From Vitrella brassicaformis CCMP3155 (Eukaryota > Protista > Chromerida): a stretch of 64,000 nt of DNA. The translations under genes and the position numbers were made by a program. Shown here piece by piece: positions 50,712 through 62,249 of the stretch. Location of the stretch: positions 332,119-396,118 of the forward strand of contig CDMY01000395.1 in assembly GCA_001179505.1 (NCBI GenBank), read 5' to 3'. How positions within the stretch are numbered: the stretch's first letter is position 1; each line of letters opens with the position of its first letter. The notes beneath the pieces are model-generated. The model saw nothing but the letters and a program-made list of their open reading frames with translations. It did not search any database and was not told the origin of the DNA.

Positions 50712-51600
50712 GCACATGCACTCGAAACGACGAGCTCTCTCTGTCTGACTGACTTCTTGGGTATGGGTCTGATGGACAGTTGGTCCCTGCGGCTGCCGCC
50801 CTCATCATCGGCCTCATCTCGGCTGGACGACCCCGCCGCGCTCGCGCCCCTGGCGTATCGGGCGGTGGGTGATGGGTCCACTGACGGAGATACCGCGGCC
50901 ATCTCAAACAACTGCACACACACACACACACACACACGCAAGCCAGATGGAGGTGTGTGCGTCGCGTCCATCGATGGTAGCCAGCGTTCAGCGCACCATC
51001 CGGTCGAGGTCTTCGTCCTCCTCCAGTGCTGCACACCACACGCACCGCATCCAAGGCACACACACAACGAGAGAGAGGTGACAGGTGTCCATGCAACTAT
51101 CCTTCTCCCTCTCTCCCTCTCCCTCTCTCCCTCCCTGCGTTGTGAGCTTACCCTGGAAGTTGTGGCTTTGCCATATGGTCGAGTGCTGTGTGTGGTCGGC
51201 TGCCACCTCCCCTCCTGCCGCCATGGTGGGGTCTGCACCGCTGGGCACGTTGCCGAAGTCCATCCCGCCGGCGAAGGGATCGTCCAGGGGCGGGAAGAAA
51301 AACGAGTCGGTGCCATTTGGGTGGTGGTGGGCATCTGGCAGGCCCGGCAGGTTGAGGCCCGTGTCGAACCCATCACTGGGAGGGTGCATCTGTGTCGACA
51401 AACACACACAGAGAGAGGGAGAGGGAGAGGGAGCGTGATCCAAGCATGTGCGTTCAGCATGAGTGTGTGTGGCTTACGTGTGAGGGCATCAGCGGCCCGT
51501 CGTCTGGGCACAGCTCCCGCAGCACGGCGGCATCTTCATCGTCCAGCGCGCTGTCGGGAGGCGCCTCGTTCTGTGTCGTTGGATCCATCTCGGAATCCAT
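46247..51600 (-). CDS. Nuclear protein with Arg/Asp(RD/RE/RS)-rich region, Plus3 domain, SWIB/MDM2 domain and Pro/RGG-rich tail; many exons
   Basis: Plus3: IEELRLSRADLT|RFLQLP..|..FEIAEITG|LAESPPYRV...VRITQVSNQ|PFLESELRGW. SWIB: LSDEVQAILG..VILK|RFRDHCQSKNLMMPGHPN|VVLCGADEQLEQLF...|HLKAHL. Confidence 0.85.
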
Positions 51601-52579
51601 CTCGGACGAAGCGCCAGCAGATGAAACAGCCACGAGCTCTCGCACACGATGCGCAAGGGAGAAAAGACGAGCAGAGGCCTGGGTGCTGTGGGGTTATAGG
51701 GTAGGGTATCGTACCCTAAACCCTGCGGTGGCGGGCATGGAGGTAGCAGTGATTGGTATCGTCTGTGGTTGCATGAGGCCAGGTGAGAGCTGCAGCGAGG
51801 CAAACAGACACCCTCGACCGCATTCTGCATTGCAGATCTGGTGGACTGGCACGGGTCGCCACATGCTCTCACTCTCATTCGCAGTCATCGTCGGAGGTAC
51901 GTGAGCAGTAACCCCACACGGACACACACACACACACACACGGGCAGGCAGGCAGAGAGACAGGCAGGGTGGAGGGAGGGAGGGAGCCCATCCACCCATC
52001 CACCCACATCCTCACACATCCATAGCCATTTGTATGTCTCTCTCTGTGTGTGTGTGTCTGTCAGCGTGACGCCAGCTCTGCACACGCCGTAGGCATGGCC
52101 GAGGCCGAGCAGCCGGAGGGTACACCATGCCCACAGTGCGAGAGCCGACCAACCCAGTGACCGCCCTGAGCAGTACTTTAATCTCATGTCTTGTCCATGT
52201 GTCTACTAGTTGTTTTCCCCAGCTGTGACTGCAGGTGCGATGTTCATTAGTGTAGGGTGCGTCGGTTGAGGTGCCTATGTGTGGTTCCCAATCGGCATCC
52301 TTATCTGACTCGCACGGCCCCCTCATCTCATGAAATTTGATCTGTGGCATCAGTCGGAAGAAGTCTCACACATCGACATGACGAACACACTTGAATGGCA
52401 CAGTCTTTGAGATATGAGAGCCCGCTCTGTGTGTGTCTGTGTGCCGACGTCTCGTCACTGCGGATAGTCTTCCCAGCGTCGAGGGACCCACGAGGAGGGC
52501 TTCTCTGCAGGCAGCCACGCACCCTTGGGGGGCTTGCCATCGGCCGTGTACCACTGGTAGCTGCAGAATGAAGACCATG

Positions 52580-53829
52580 TCAGACATAAAAGGAGCGATA
52601 TCGACGCTGCATTCTTTTTTGTGATGCGGCAGCTGACCTGGCCCTCCATCTTCCGGCGAACTGGTGGATGAGGAAGATGTCTGGATGATGGCAGTCCTGG
52701 GTTGCATTCGAGTGGTCTTGGAGGGGGGCGAAGCGGTTGATACCGAAGATGGAGACATCACCGGCACGATGGTCCCCGCCAGCCATGACGGTCTCCTTTG
52801 ACAGCCCCCTCTTTGTCATGTAATTGGTGACAGCCCGGCTGTATACGGCTGGGCCAGTGATCTCCACCGCATCCGCAGATGAGGGAGACGCCTTCATCTC
52901 TTTCACCTTCTCGCAGATGAGCCCGATCGTCGAGGACAGAATGGGATGTTTTGGAGCAAAGGCAAAGGCCCATCCCGTGAACTGAAGCTGAGATGTCTCC
53001 GGCCTGATGATCTCCGCACCCACAAGGCCTGAACAAAGGCGCCGAGACACGCATGCACATGCATAGACACACACCGAGACACGTGTTTCCTTTGAATCAT
53101 CGGGTCTTGTTAACCTCTGGATGAGTGTTTCTGCGCTTCGTCCCACTCCTCTATCGGCCTGCGGCAATCCACGTCAGTGTCGAGAAAGAGCCCTTCCCTC
53201 TCATATATTATGAGATACGAAAAGACATCCTGGATGCCCAGCAAAAAGAGAGAGACCACTCGGTGATTCGAAAGCATTTTGGTGCGTGCCAGCTCTCTGA
53301 AGGAGGCATAGAAGGCTCACCTTCTTCTCAACACTGTTCTTGAAGTACTTCCATATATCGACAACACCTGGATATGTCTCCTTAATGTACTTATCCGCTC
53401 CCCAGCGTCATACAGGTGAAAGACCCACCCTGGGTTCATCCGTTTGCACTTGTCGATGTTCTTCTTCTCCCATTGAGGCATGACTTGCTTGTTCTCGGTC
53501 GTCATGAAGACTTGTCTAGGAATCGCCGGTGAAGTCTCTGCAGAGCCGCCGCCTTGGGGCTTGTCGGCCGCCATGATCCGAAGGGTCTCCTCAGCTCCAC
53601 AAAGCTGGTTGTCGGGCTGCAGTGATCTCAGAGTGGCACGTCTGCCTGCAGAGCGAGAATTGCTCGAATCGACAAGCGTAGGACGTCAGTGCAAGCCTCT
53701 TTCAGATGTGTTGATTGGCTTACGGAGTGTCTTGATGCTGACGAAGTCGACAATTTCGGGGTGCCATGAAAGAGACCTGGCCACAGCGGCAAGCGCCAGC
53801 GATGCGATTGCGAAGGAGAATCGGATCAT
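52580..53829 (-). pseudogene. GT32 (DXD, OCH1/SUR1-like) glycosyltransferase with one apparent -1 frameshift near 53395
   Basis: Signal/anchor MIRFSFAIASLALAAVA; IPRQVFMT, MNPGWVFHLYD, then shifted DKYIKETYP; YLIIY..EGLFLDTDVDCRRP; WAFAFAPKHPIL, ITGPAVYS, IHQFAGRW. Confidence 0.75.
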
Positions 53830-54355
53830 GTGCGTCGAGAAGGGCAGTCGAGAATTTCTTTCGCGAGCCAACCAGTCTCGGATCGTCTCTTTTTTTCTTT
53901 TTCCCGACCGGTGCATTTCTTTTCAGGCGCAGCAAGTGTGCAGCGGTTGTTCCTCGCTCCTGCCTCTACACATCAATGCTCTCACCAACTTGATGGCGCA
54001 GCTCACCAGTGCCAGAGCTCTCATCATCCGCTGGCGGCAACTGCTGCGCAATGGAACAGCCGCAGACGTTGCCTAGGCGTGGCAAGCGCTAGGACAGCGC
54101 ACTGGCCGTGGCTTCCTCAAGCTGGCAGCGGTGATAATAGCGGCGAGCTGCGGGCTGCCGCTATACGGCAAGAAGGGCAAGACCCCTGGGCAAGACCAGT
54201 CTAAGGCGCAGGCCTGCCAGTGTAAGGCGAGAACGGGACCACCTACACGAAGGATTTAAGTTTGCTGTCTGTGATTAGCTGAATCTGACAATACTGTAGC
54301 TGTCCTTTTGGCGACAATACTAGTATACTGAACATACTCGGACATTCCGACGACG

Positions 54356-57300
54356 ATGGACGACGGCGACTGCAAGAGATTCCTCCGTGACGTCTATGCC
54401 TGTAAGGAAGACGAAAAGGCAGCAGACGGGCATGAATGCACCCGGACTGTCACTATTGTGCTCTGTACGTCGCCTGCAGTCATCGACAACAGGCCGCGAG
54501 GCAAGCTGAACGCCGTCATCCAGGATGTTCTCGAGGACCGTGCCCTCTACAAAGGTAGATAATTAGTCAATCTGACGAGCTCTTCTATCAGCAAGAATTA
54601 GTGGTGTGTGTCTGTTGCGGTGTGTCCGTAGAACGCATGGAGAAGTACAAGAAGGAGAGGCACCTGCACCGGGACTATGAAGTAAAGCTCATCAGACAGC
54701 ATGTAGGCAGCCCTTTAGGAAAGCATCATCACCATGAACACCATAGCACCCGTGTGTTCCATCTGCAGAAGGAGACCGAGAAGGAGCTCCTCGTCGTGCA
54801 GGTATCACTTCACTCACTCGGGAGCACAGTCGTCGGGAACACAGTCGACGGACCATCTGTCCATAAATGTATTGGGTTTTCTGCTGTCGGTGTGATTGAT
54901 TGGCTGTTGCAGGCAGAGTACACCAAGCTACACGCCGACCACCAGCGCCTCAGCCAGAAGGTGTGCACATCTGCACGACACGACACACATTTGTACAGTA
55001 TGTGCTCAGCTCGCAAAGAAAATTCAGTCCCGCCCGCACAACACACACAACACACCAGAGTGTGTGTCAGATAGTGCAACAGCAGCACCAGCAGCAGCAG
55101 GCAGCAGCAGCAGCACACCATCATCCCATGGCGCAGCGGTACCCGCAGCGGCATCCAGGCGCCGCAGGGAGGGGATGGGCACCAGGGGGGCACCTGCGGG
55201 ACATCCTCGTGCTGAGGCAGACGGGCGATTGGTCGGCAATGGTTCGCACCGTCTACAATTGTCAGTAACATGCAAAAGGGCGGGCGGAACGCATCATCAA
55301 TTCTGCATCGTGGTGAACTCTCTATCTGTCTGTCTGCCATTCACTGTTCGTTCTGTGTGTCTCTTGCAGACCTCGACACGAGCCATCGCATGAAGATGGG
55401 CAGCGAGATATGCTCGGTCCTACAGGAGCGCAGCTTCTACCATGGTAATTAAGACCTCCCTCCCTCCCACTAATAGAGCTGACGAGCAACGACACAATGG
55501 TTGCCTGCCTGTGTCCTGCAAACTGTGTGTGTTGATAGAACGCACTCTGTGGTACAAGAAGGACGGCTTGGCCGTCCGGGACACGCTCCGCAAGCTCAAG
55601 AGGGAGCACGTAAGCAGAGCAGCCACCTTTGCACAAGCAGAGCGCTGTCACGATGAATGAACTGGTCCATGGGCTCTCTCCTCCTGCTGGTGTCCGTGTG
55701 CGCAGAAGGCCCTAGTGGAGAAGGCGGAGCTGCTGCAGGTGAGGGGAGGGAACACAGGCACCACACACGGCCACCNNNNNNNNNNNNNNNNNNNNNNNNN
55801 NNNNNNNNNNNNNNNNNNNNNNNNNNNNNNNNNNNNNNNNNNNNNNNNNNNNNNNNNNNNNNNNNNNNNNNNNNNNNNNNNNNNNNNNNNNNNNNNNNNN
55901 NNNNNNNNNNNNNNNNNNNNNNNNNNNNNNNNNNNNNNNNNNNNNNNNNNNNNNNNNNNNNNNNNNNNNNNNNNNNNNNNNNNNNNNNNNNNNNNNNNNN
56001 NNNNNNNNNNNNNNNNNNNNNNNNNNNNNNNNNNNNNNNNNNNNNNNNNNNNNNNNNNNNNNNNNNNNNNNNNNNTCTGCACGACAGACACCATCGGCAC
56101 ACACTTGTACTGTATGTGCTCATGGTGCCTCTCTGTGGAATGTCTCTTTGTTGCAGTACGACGACCTCAATGACGACTTCCAGGAGCTTCTTCGGTCGTC
56201 GGTGGGTGCCAACACGTCATGGATGCTGGCAGACAGGCATAGTGAAACTGACGCACTTGTCTGTCTGTGTGTTATGTTGCTGTGTGCAGAGGGACATGTG
56301 CGATGAGATTGACGAGCTGAAGGAGAAGGTGGCTGAGCTGCAGGTAGGGACATTACGTCCTTGCATGCTCTCACGACACACGTGAATGAACCGACAGTCA
56401 TCCATCTGCTCAATGTATTTTGGCGTGTGTGTGTGTCGTTGTGATGTTCAGGAGGGGGTCACTCCGCAGCCTAGAGTACCCCGCTGCTGCCACAGGCGGC
56501 GGATCAGAACCCCTACCACCCCGGCCAAGGAGGGCACAACGCATCATCAATTCATTGTGCAAGGGTGTCTGTCCGCCTGCCATTCACTGTTCTGTGTGCC
56601 GCCTGCAGACCTGGACAGCAGCCGTCGGGGCCACATAGGCAGCGACATCTGCGACGTCCTCGAGGAGCGCAGCTTCTACCACGGTAAGTCCTTCCTCCAC
56701 TAATAGAGCTGACGAGCAATGAGTTGCGGGCAAGATAGACGAATAGTTGCCTGCCTGTGTCCTGCAAACTGTGTCTGTTGATAGAACGCACCCTCCCCTA
56801 CAAGCAGTCGGGCATTCGCGTCCGGGACACCCACCGGAAGCTCAAGAGGGAGCATGTAAGCAGCCACGTATGCACAAGCAGAGCGCTGTCACGACGAATG
56901 AACTGGTCCATGGGCTCTCTCCTCCTGCTGGTGTCCGTTCGTGCGTGCAGAAGGCCCTAGTGGAGAAGGCGGAGCTGCTGCAGGTAGGTGGGGGGATGGA
57001 ACATATTCGCCTGCAGACCTCGACACGAGCCCTCGGATGAAGAAAGGCAGCGACATATGCTCGGTGCTCGAGGAGAGGAGCTATTACCACGGTAATTAGG
57101 ACCTCCCTTTCTCCACTAATAAAGCTGATGAGTTGCGGGCATGTTTGACAGACGAATATGGTTGCCTGCCTGTGTCCTGCAAACTGTGTGTGTTGATAGA
57201 ACGCACTCTGTGGTACAAGAAGGACGGCTTGGCCGTCCGGGACACGCTCCGCAAGCTCAAGAGGGAGCACGTAAGCAGAGCAGCCACCTTTGCACAAGCA

Positions 57301-58126
57301 GAGCGCTGTCACGATGAATGAACTGGTCCATGGGCTCTCTCCTCCTGCTGGTGTCCGTGTGCGCAGAAGGCCCTAGTGGAGAAGGCGGAGCTGCTGCAGG
57401 TGAGGGGAGGGAACACAGGCACCACACACGGCCACCACACCCATGAAAGGGTCACTGACTTGTGGGTGGTGTGGATGGATGTGACTGGCTGGTGCGGTGC
57501 AGTTTGACAAGGACACGTTGCAGCAGAAGGTGCGGTGCGCACATCTGCACGACAGACACCATCGGCACACACTTGTACTGTATGTGCTCATGGTGCCTCT
57601 CTGTGGAATGTCTCTTTGTTGCAGTACGACGACCTCAATGACGACTTCCAGGAGCTCCTTCGGTCGTCGGTGGGTGCCAACACGTCATGGATGCTGGCAG
57701 ACAGGCATAGTGAAACTGACGCACTTGTCTGTCTGTGTGTTATGTTGCCGTGTGCAGAGGGACATGTGCGATGAGATTGACGAGCTGAAGGAGAAGGTGG
57801 CTGAGCTGCAGGTAGGGGCATTACGTCCTTGCACGCTCTCACGACACTCGTGAATGCACCGACACTCATCCATCTGCTCAATGTGTTTATTGCGTGTATG
57901 TGTCGTTGTGCAGCCTATAGTACCCCATTCAGGTCAGTCAGGCAGCCATTGGACGCGAGAGGTTCAATGCAGCAGCACGGCGGCCAAGTGCATTGCATTG
58001 GATGTCTGGTGTGATGTGGTGTGGCCATGCTGATCAGTTGCTGGAGGAAGCGACGGAGGGTCATGGCGGCATCAGGGGGGCAGGCGAAGGCCAATGGAGC
58101 GGTCATCGCTACCTACATTTTATATC
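54356..58126 (+). CDS. Hypothetical coiled-coil protein built from a tandemly repeated multi-exon cassette (possibly partly pseudogenic or misassembled)
   Basis: Four copies of exons D.D...R...I..VL.ER..Y|ER...YK....RD...KL.R.H|K.....LL.Q, followed in copies 2 and 4 by YDDLNDDFQELLRS|RDMCDEIDELKEKVAELQ. Confidence 0.6.
55365..57900 (+). repeat. Near-identical direct repeat units (about 55365-56420 and 57011-57900) with a more diverged partial unit at about 56590-56990
   Basis: Exon and intron sequence are near-identical by direct comparison (e.g. gaacgcactctgtggtacaagaaggacggcttggccgtccgggacacg at about 55538 and about 57199). Confidence 0.92.
55776..56075. other. Assembly gap (300 N)
   Basis: Run of n. 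Confidence 1.
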
Positions 58127-58279
58127 CGTAAGTCAGGGTTTTCTGTTCGCGAGCGCCCTCTGGCAAGCTGGCGTTCCTTAGCGTTGCACGAATCAAGCCA
58201 CAGGAACAAATGTGCCAGTGCCACTTGAAAGGACGACTACACTGCAAGCCCCACGCAAGATGGAATCTACCTGACCACT

Positions 58280-58859
58280 GACCAGGATCACGCCAACTTA
58301 ACTACGTGGACACAGAGACCGCCAAGAGTCGCCTCACGGGAGCGTTGCAGTGAGGCCCCATCGACATATCCCCCGCACTCACGCGGCTGTTCGAGGACTC
58401 GCCCATCCTCGCCCACACCGTCAAGACCGACGAGTGCCTGCTCTCCCTGCCGCTCGACGAGGAGCGTGGCTGGGGCGTGTCGGTGTACCCTTTGCTCAAC
58501 AAAGGCATGTTCGGTGGCATGAGCCTGCAGCGGGGAATGGGTGGGGGCAAGAGGGGGGCCCAGCAGCGGAGGTGCATCTCACTTTGAGGCCCATGATACA
58601 GGTAGGTAGGATGGATACAGAATGAGAGGGCGGGGAGCGGTACGTACATACCGCCTCTCTTCTCTTGTGGCAGGCACGCGAGGTGGTGCAGCTGCGTCTG
58701 ACATCCTCAAGTTGGGGAGTGTTGGGCTAAGCCCCTGGCTTCGTCCGCAGCACTATCGCCCACCACAGCCCTCCCTCGGCCGCATCGTGCACCGGAGCGG
58801 CAGCTCAGGCTCAATGACGACATCGACATGTCGGTATCCTCATGTGAGGAACACACACA

Positions 58860-58896
<37 letters not shown>

Positions 58897-59470
58897 CCGA
58901 GCAGATTGTCCAGCGACATGTGGTGTATGTGTGTCTGTCTGCCTGCAGGTATTATCTGTTCCACTGGGAGCATCCTTTTGGCGAGGAGACTTCGAATGAG
59001 CAAGTATACACACGCACACACACGCACAGCACACAGGAACCGACATGAGCGATCCATCGGCGGTATTTTCTCTCCTTTTTGCAGCTTCTGACGATTGACC
59101 AAAGCGTTGACGAGAGGGCGGCGAGCCTCATGCGCGGCCTGCTGGCGCCGGACCCCGCAGATCGGTTCCAATCAGGTCGGACGTCAAGGAGGGCCAGACG
59201 CATCCATCCGCCCGTCCGTCCTCTCTCTGTCTCTCTGTATCTTCTTTTTCGTTCAGCCGCTGAAGCGTTGCAGCACCCTTACTTCATGGAGGACAGCACA
59301 GGGGAGCCGGCGGCGGGCGAGTTCCAACAGGTATGGGAGGAACACACAGGAACACACAACACACACGCCACATGACACGCGGCGAACGCCGGTTGGTGTT
59401 GGTGTGTGTACCAGGAGCTCGACGAGGCCCAACGGGTCATCGCTGCCTACACTTTATATCCGTTAGTGAG
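58280..59470 (+). pseudogene. Degenerate protein kinase (CMGC-like C-lobe) pseudogene
   Basis: ILKLGSVGLS (DFG lost), HYRPPQ (YRPPE-like), DDIDMS|GII, LMRGLLAPDPADRFQS|AAEALQHPYF; in-frame stop near 58347 and a frame break between subdomains VIII and IX. Confidence 0.6.
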
Positions 59471-59741
59471 TGTTTTCTCTTCACGCGCCTCCTGTGGCCT
59501 TCATTCGCGTTGAATGTGCCATTTGAAGGACAGACTGAGTGGGCATGTCGCGAAAAGTTTTCTTCTTCCGGTTGTCAGTTTAGCTCATGAAGAGCACCGT
59601 GACCGCCTCTGTTGCTTGAATTGCATTGATTCGACTCTTGGGGAGGGAAAGGGCGCGATTGACGTGAAACGCTGGAATAGCTCGCAATAGGGTCGTCCTC
59701 GTTCGGCGTTCTCTCCTCGGCGTTCTATTGGCATCCCTTGC

Positions 59742-61312
59742 GTGGCGATGTCAACAACTCAGACAACAACAACAACGGTGATGGTGACAACACAGCCAAC
59801 AGCGCCCTCGATGAACTCTCATCAGAGCAACGCCTCCCCCCTCCCCCTCCCCAAACCGTCGTCATCGCACAACGCCACCTCCCCCGACGGAGGCAGCACC
59901 TGCAGCAGCAGCGGGAGCAGCACCACCCACAAGGGGCACAACTTCATCCCGAAGAAGGCCATCCTTGGGCACAAGAGCAGCTCCTACAACCTTGGGAAGC
60001 TCCCCCCGCCGCGCAAGAGTCTCCTGACCCAGTGCATCTACCTCCTCAGCAACCTGTTTGCGACGGTCGTCACCCTGATGGCCTCGGTGATGCTGCTCTT
60101 CGCGCTATCGCACGCGGCGCACGTGCTCGAGGACGCCTCGACGTACCTGGCGGTGGTGTGCCCCGTGACGTCCTTTTTGCTCTTCTTCTCTCCGTTCGGT
60201 GTGGTCAAGACGGCCATCAGCAAGAACTCGGCTGAGGCGCTGCCCGTGAAGCTGTTTGTGGTGCAGAGTCTGGCCAACCTGCTGGCCATCGACTATGGGC
60301 TGAAGGTGCAGAACCTTCCGGTCGTCGTCACTAACACCATCGGTGAGAGGGAGGGGAGGTGACCGTGGCCGAATCATCGTGTATGTGATGTGTTTGGGAT
60401 GGCAGGTGTGTTGCTGCAAGTGACGTGGCTGTCGAGCCACCACTACATCACCAGGAGGAACTCACGATGGCACAGATTCGCACTCTCTATCGCCCTCGGT
60501 ACGATTACCCCGTCGCACCCTCACACCCTCCCCCTTTCCACCCCCGAATACACACATACATGGATGCCTGTCTGCATCTTTTCCTCTCCGCGGTTGGTTG
60601 GGTCAGGTGTGGGTGTGGTATTCTACATGTGTTCGTTTGCGGACGAGAGGATAGTCGGGGTGGGTGTGTTCGTCGCCAACTTCATGCTCTTCGGCACACC
60701 TGTGCTGCAGCTGGTGAGCAGGGAGGAGAGAGGAAAGAAGAGCCGTTACATGACGAAACACACACGAGGGTACGTCTGTGCGTCTTTCTTGTAGGGCGAG
60801 GTGTTGGCAACGCGCAAGTCCGACGGCATCCCGTTCGCCATCTCCCTTGCCATGGTCATCACCAACGCCTGCTGGAGTGTGTATGGGCTGCTCGTCGAAG
60901 ATGTTGTCCTCTGGCTGCCATCCGTTCTCGGTAGGCAGGGAAAAACCCTGCACACCACATTCCTGACATGGATGGATGGATGGATGTCAGGTTATCTGCT
61001 GTCGGTGTTCCAGCTGCTGATCATAGCGTGGTGTCACTCGTACCTCCCGTTCGACATCACGTTCCTTGCTCTCGTCTTCCCATCGCCAAAGGACACAAGC
61101 GGCGACAAGACACCCAAACAAGTGCTCGTGAAGGCACTGCCGCCGGTACGTTCCACACACGGTCACCCAGCACACAGCCGGGCAGGCTTCCTCTCCTTGT
61201 CTCTCTCTCTCTCTCTCTCTGTGTGTGTGAGTGTGTGTGTGTGTGTGGTGTTCAGGCTACCATGCTGAAGCGCTTTGCTGAGCACGAGAGGGATCAGGTC
61301 AACGAGCCATGA
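59742..61312 (+). CDS. SWEET (MtN3/saliva) sugar transporter with Ser/Thr-rich N-extension
   Basis: Two MtN3 repeats: FLLFFSPFGVVKTAISKNSAEALP..YGL...VVVTNTIG and MLFGTPVLQL|GEVLATRKSDGIPFAISL...CWSVYGLLVEDVVLWLPSVLG. Confidence 0.93.
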
Positions 61313-61674
61313 TGGGGGCAAGGATGGATGGAGGGAGGGAGGGGCGGCACGGCTGGAAGCCCACATGCACTTCGTTCATTCATTCATCCACTCGTTCATT
61401 TGTTCTAATGTACATATCATCATATCGACCCACAAGCAGACAGACAGACACACAAGATGGCAATGTGAGATTCCACTAGATGCGACTGTCCCTTGGCTTT
61501 TTTCCTGCTTTGCTGTATAGGCGAGAGAGGGAGGGAGAGAGAGGGAGAGAGAGAGATGGCATACGACTGCTTTTTCACTATCATGATGACCACTACCTAT
61601 GGATGGCTCCATCCCTGTGTGTGTGTGTGTGTATTTGGATGGGCACAGAGACAGAGACAGGGGGGGGGGGGGGG

Positions 61675-61974
61675 NNNNNNNNNNNNNNNNNNNNNNNNNN
61701 NNNNNNNNNNNNNNNNNNNNNNNNNNNNNNNNNNNNNNNNNNNNNNNNNNNNNNNNNNNNNNNNNNNNNNNNNNNNNNNNNNNNNNNNNNNNNNNNNNNN
61801 NNNNNNNNNNNNNNNNNNNNNNNNNNNNNNNNNNNNNNNNNNNNNNNNNNNNNNNNNNNNNNNNNNNNNNNNNNNNNNNNNNNNNNNNNNNNNNNNNNNN
61901 NNNNNNNNNNNNNNNNNNNNNNNNNNNNNNNNNNNNNNNNNNNNNNNNNNNNNNNNNNNNNNNNNNNNNNNNNN
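61675..61974. other. Assembly gap (300 N) next to a G homopolymer
   Basis: Run of n preceded by about 15 G. Confidence 1.
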
Positions 61975-62249
61975 GGGGGTCGAGTGCGTATGTGTGTGCG
62001 TGTTTTGGCCACCAAAGGGTGCGGCCGCCGATCGATCGACATGGTGGATGGATGGATGGATGACGCCCCGCCTATGAGAACTACATAGACAGATGTTTTC
62101 GATGTGTCTGTGTCTGTGTGTATCTAATGGTGTGTGTGTGTGTGTGTTTTGACCCTCATGTGCGCGTGGTGAGAGGACGCGACCAATCATCCGCCACGGA
62201 ACGAATGGTCAACCGTTATTTCTCTCACACGAACGTACACACACACACA

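Noticed and set aside
53686-53688. Apparent premature TGA in the GT32 gene, and an apparent second frameshift near 53110
   Set aside because: The TGA lies inside a canonical intron (gtaagc...cactgac...ctctgcag). The second break is resolved by a gttaac donor giving SRG|LVGAE.
55596-56385. ORFs with long X runs (also 61480-62190)
   Set aside because: Artefacts of translating through N gaps.
55365-57900. Repeats as a CRISPR array or transposon termini
   Set aside because: Units are about 1 kb with exon/intron structure; there are no short repeat-spacer units, cas genes, transposase or terminal inverted repeats.
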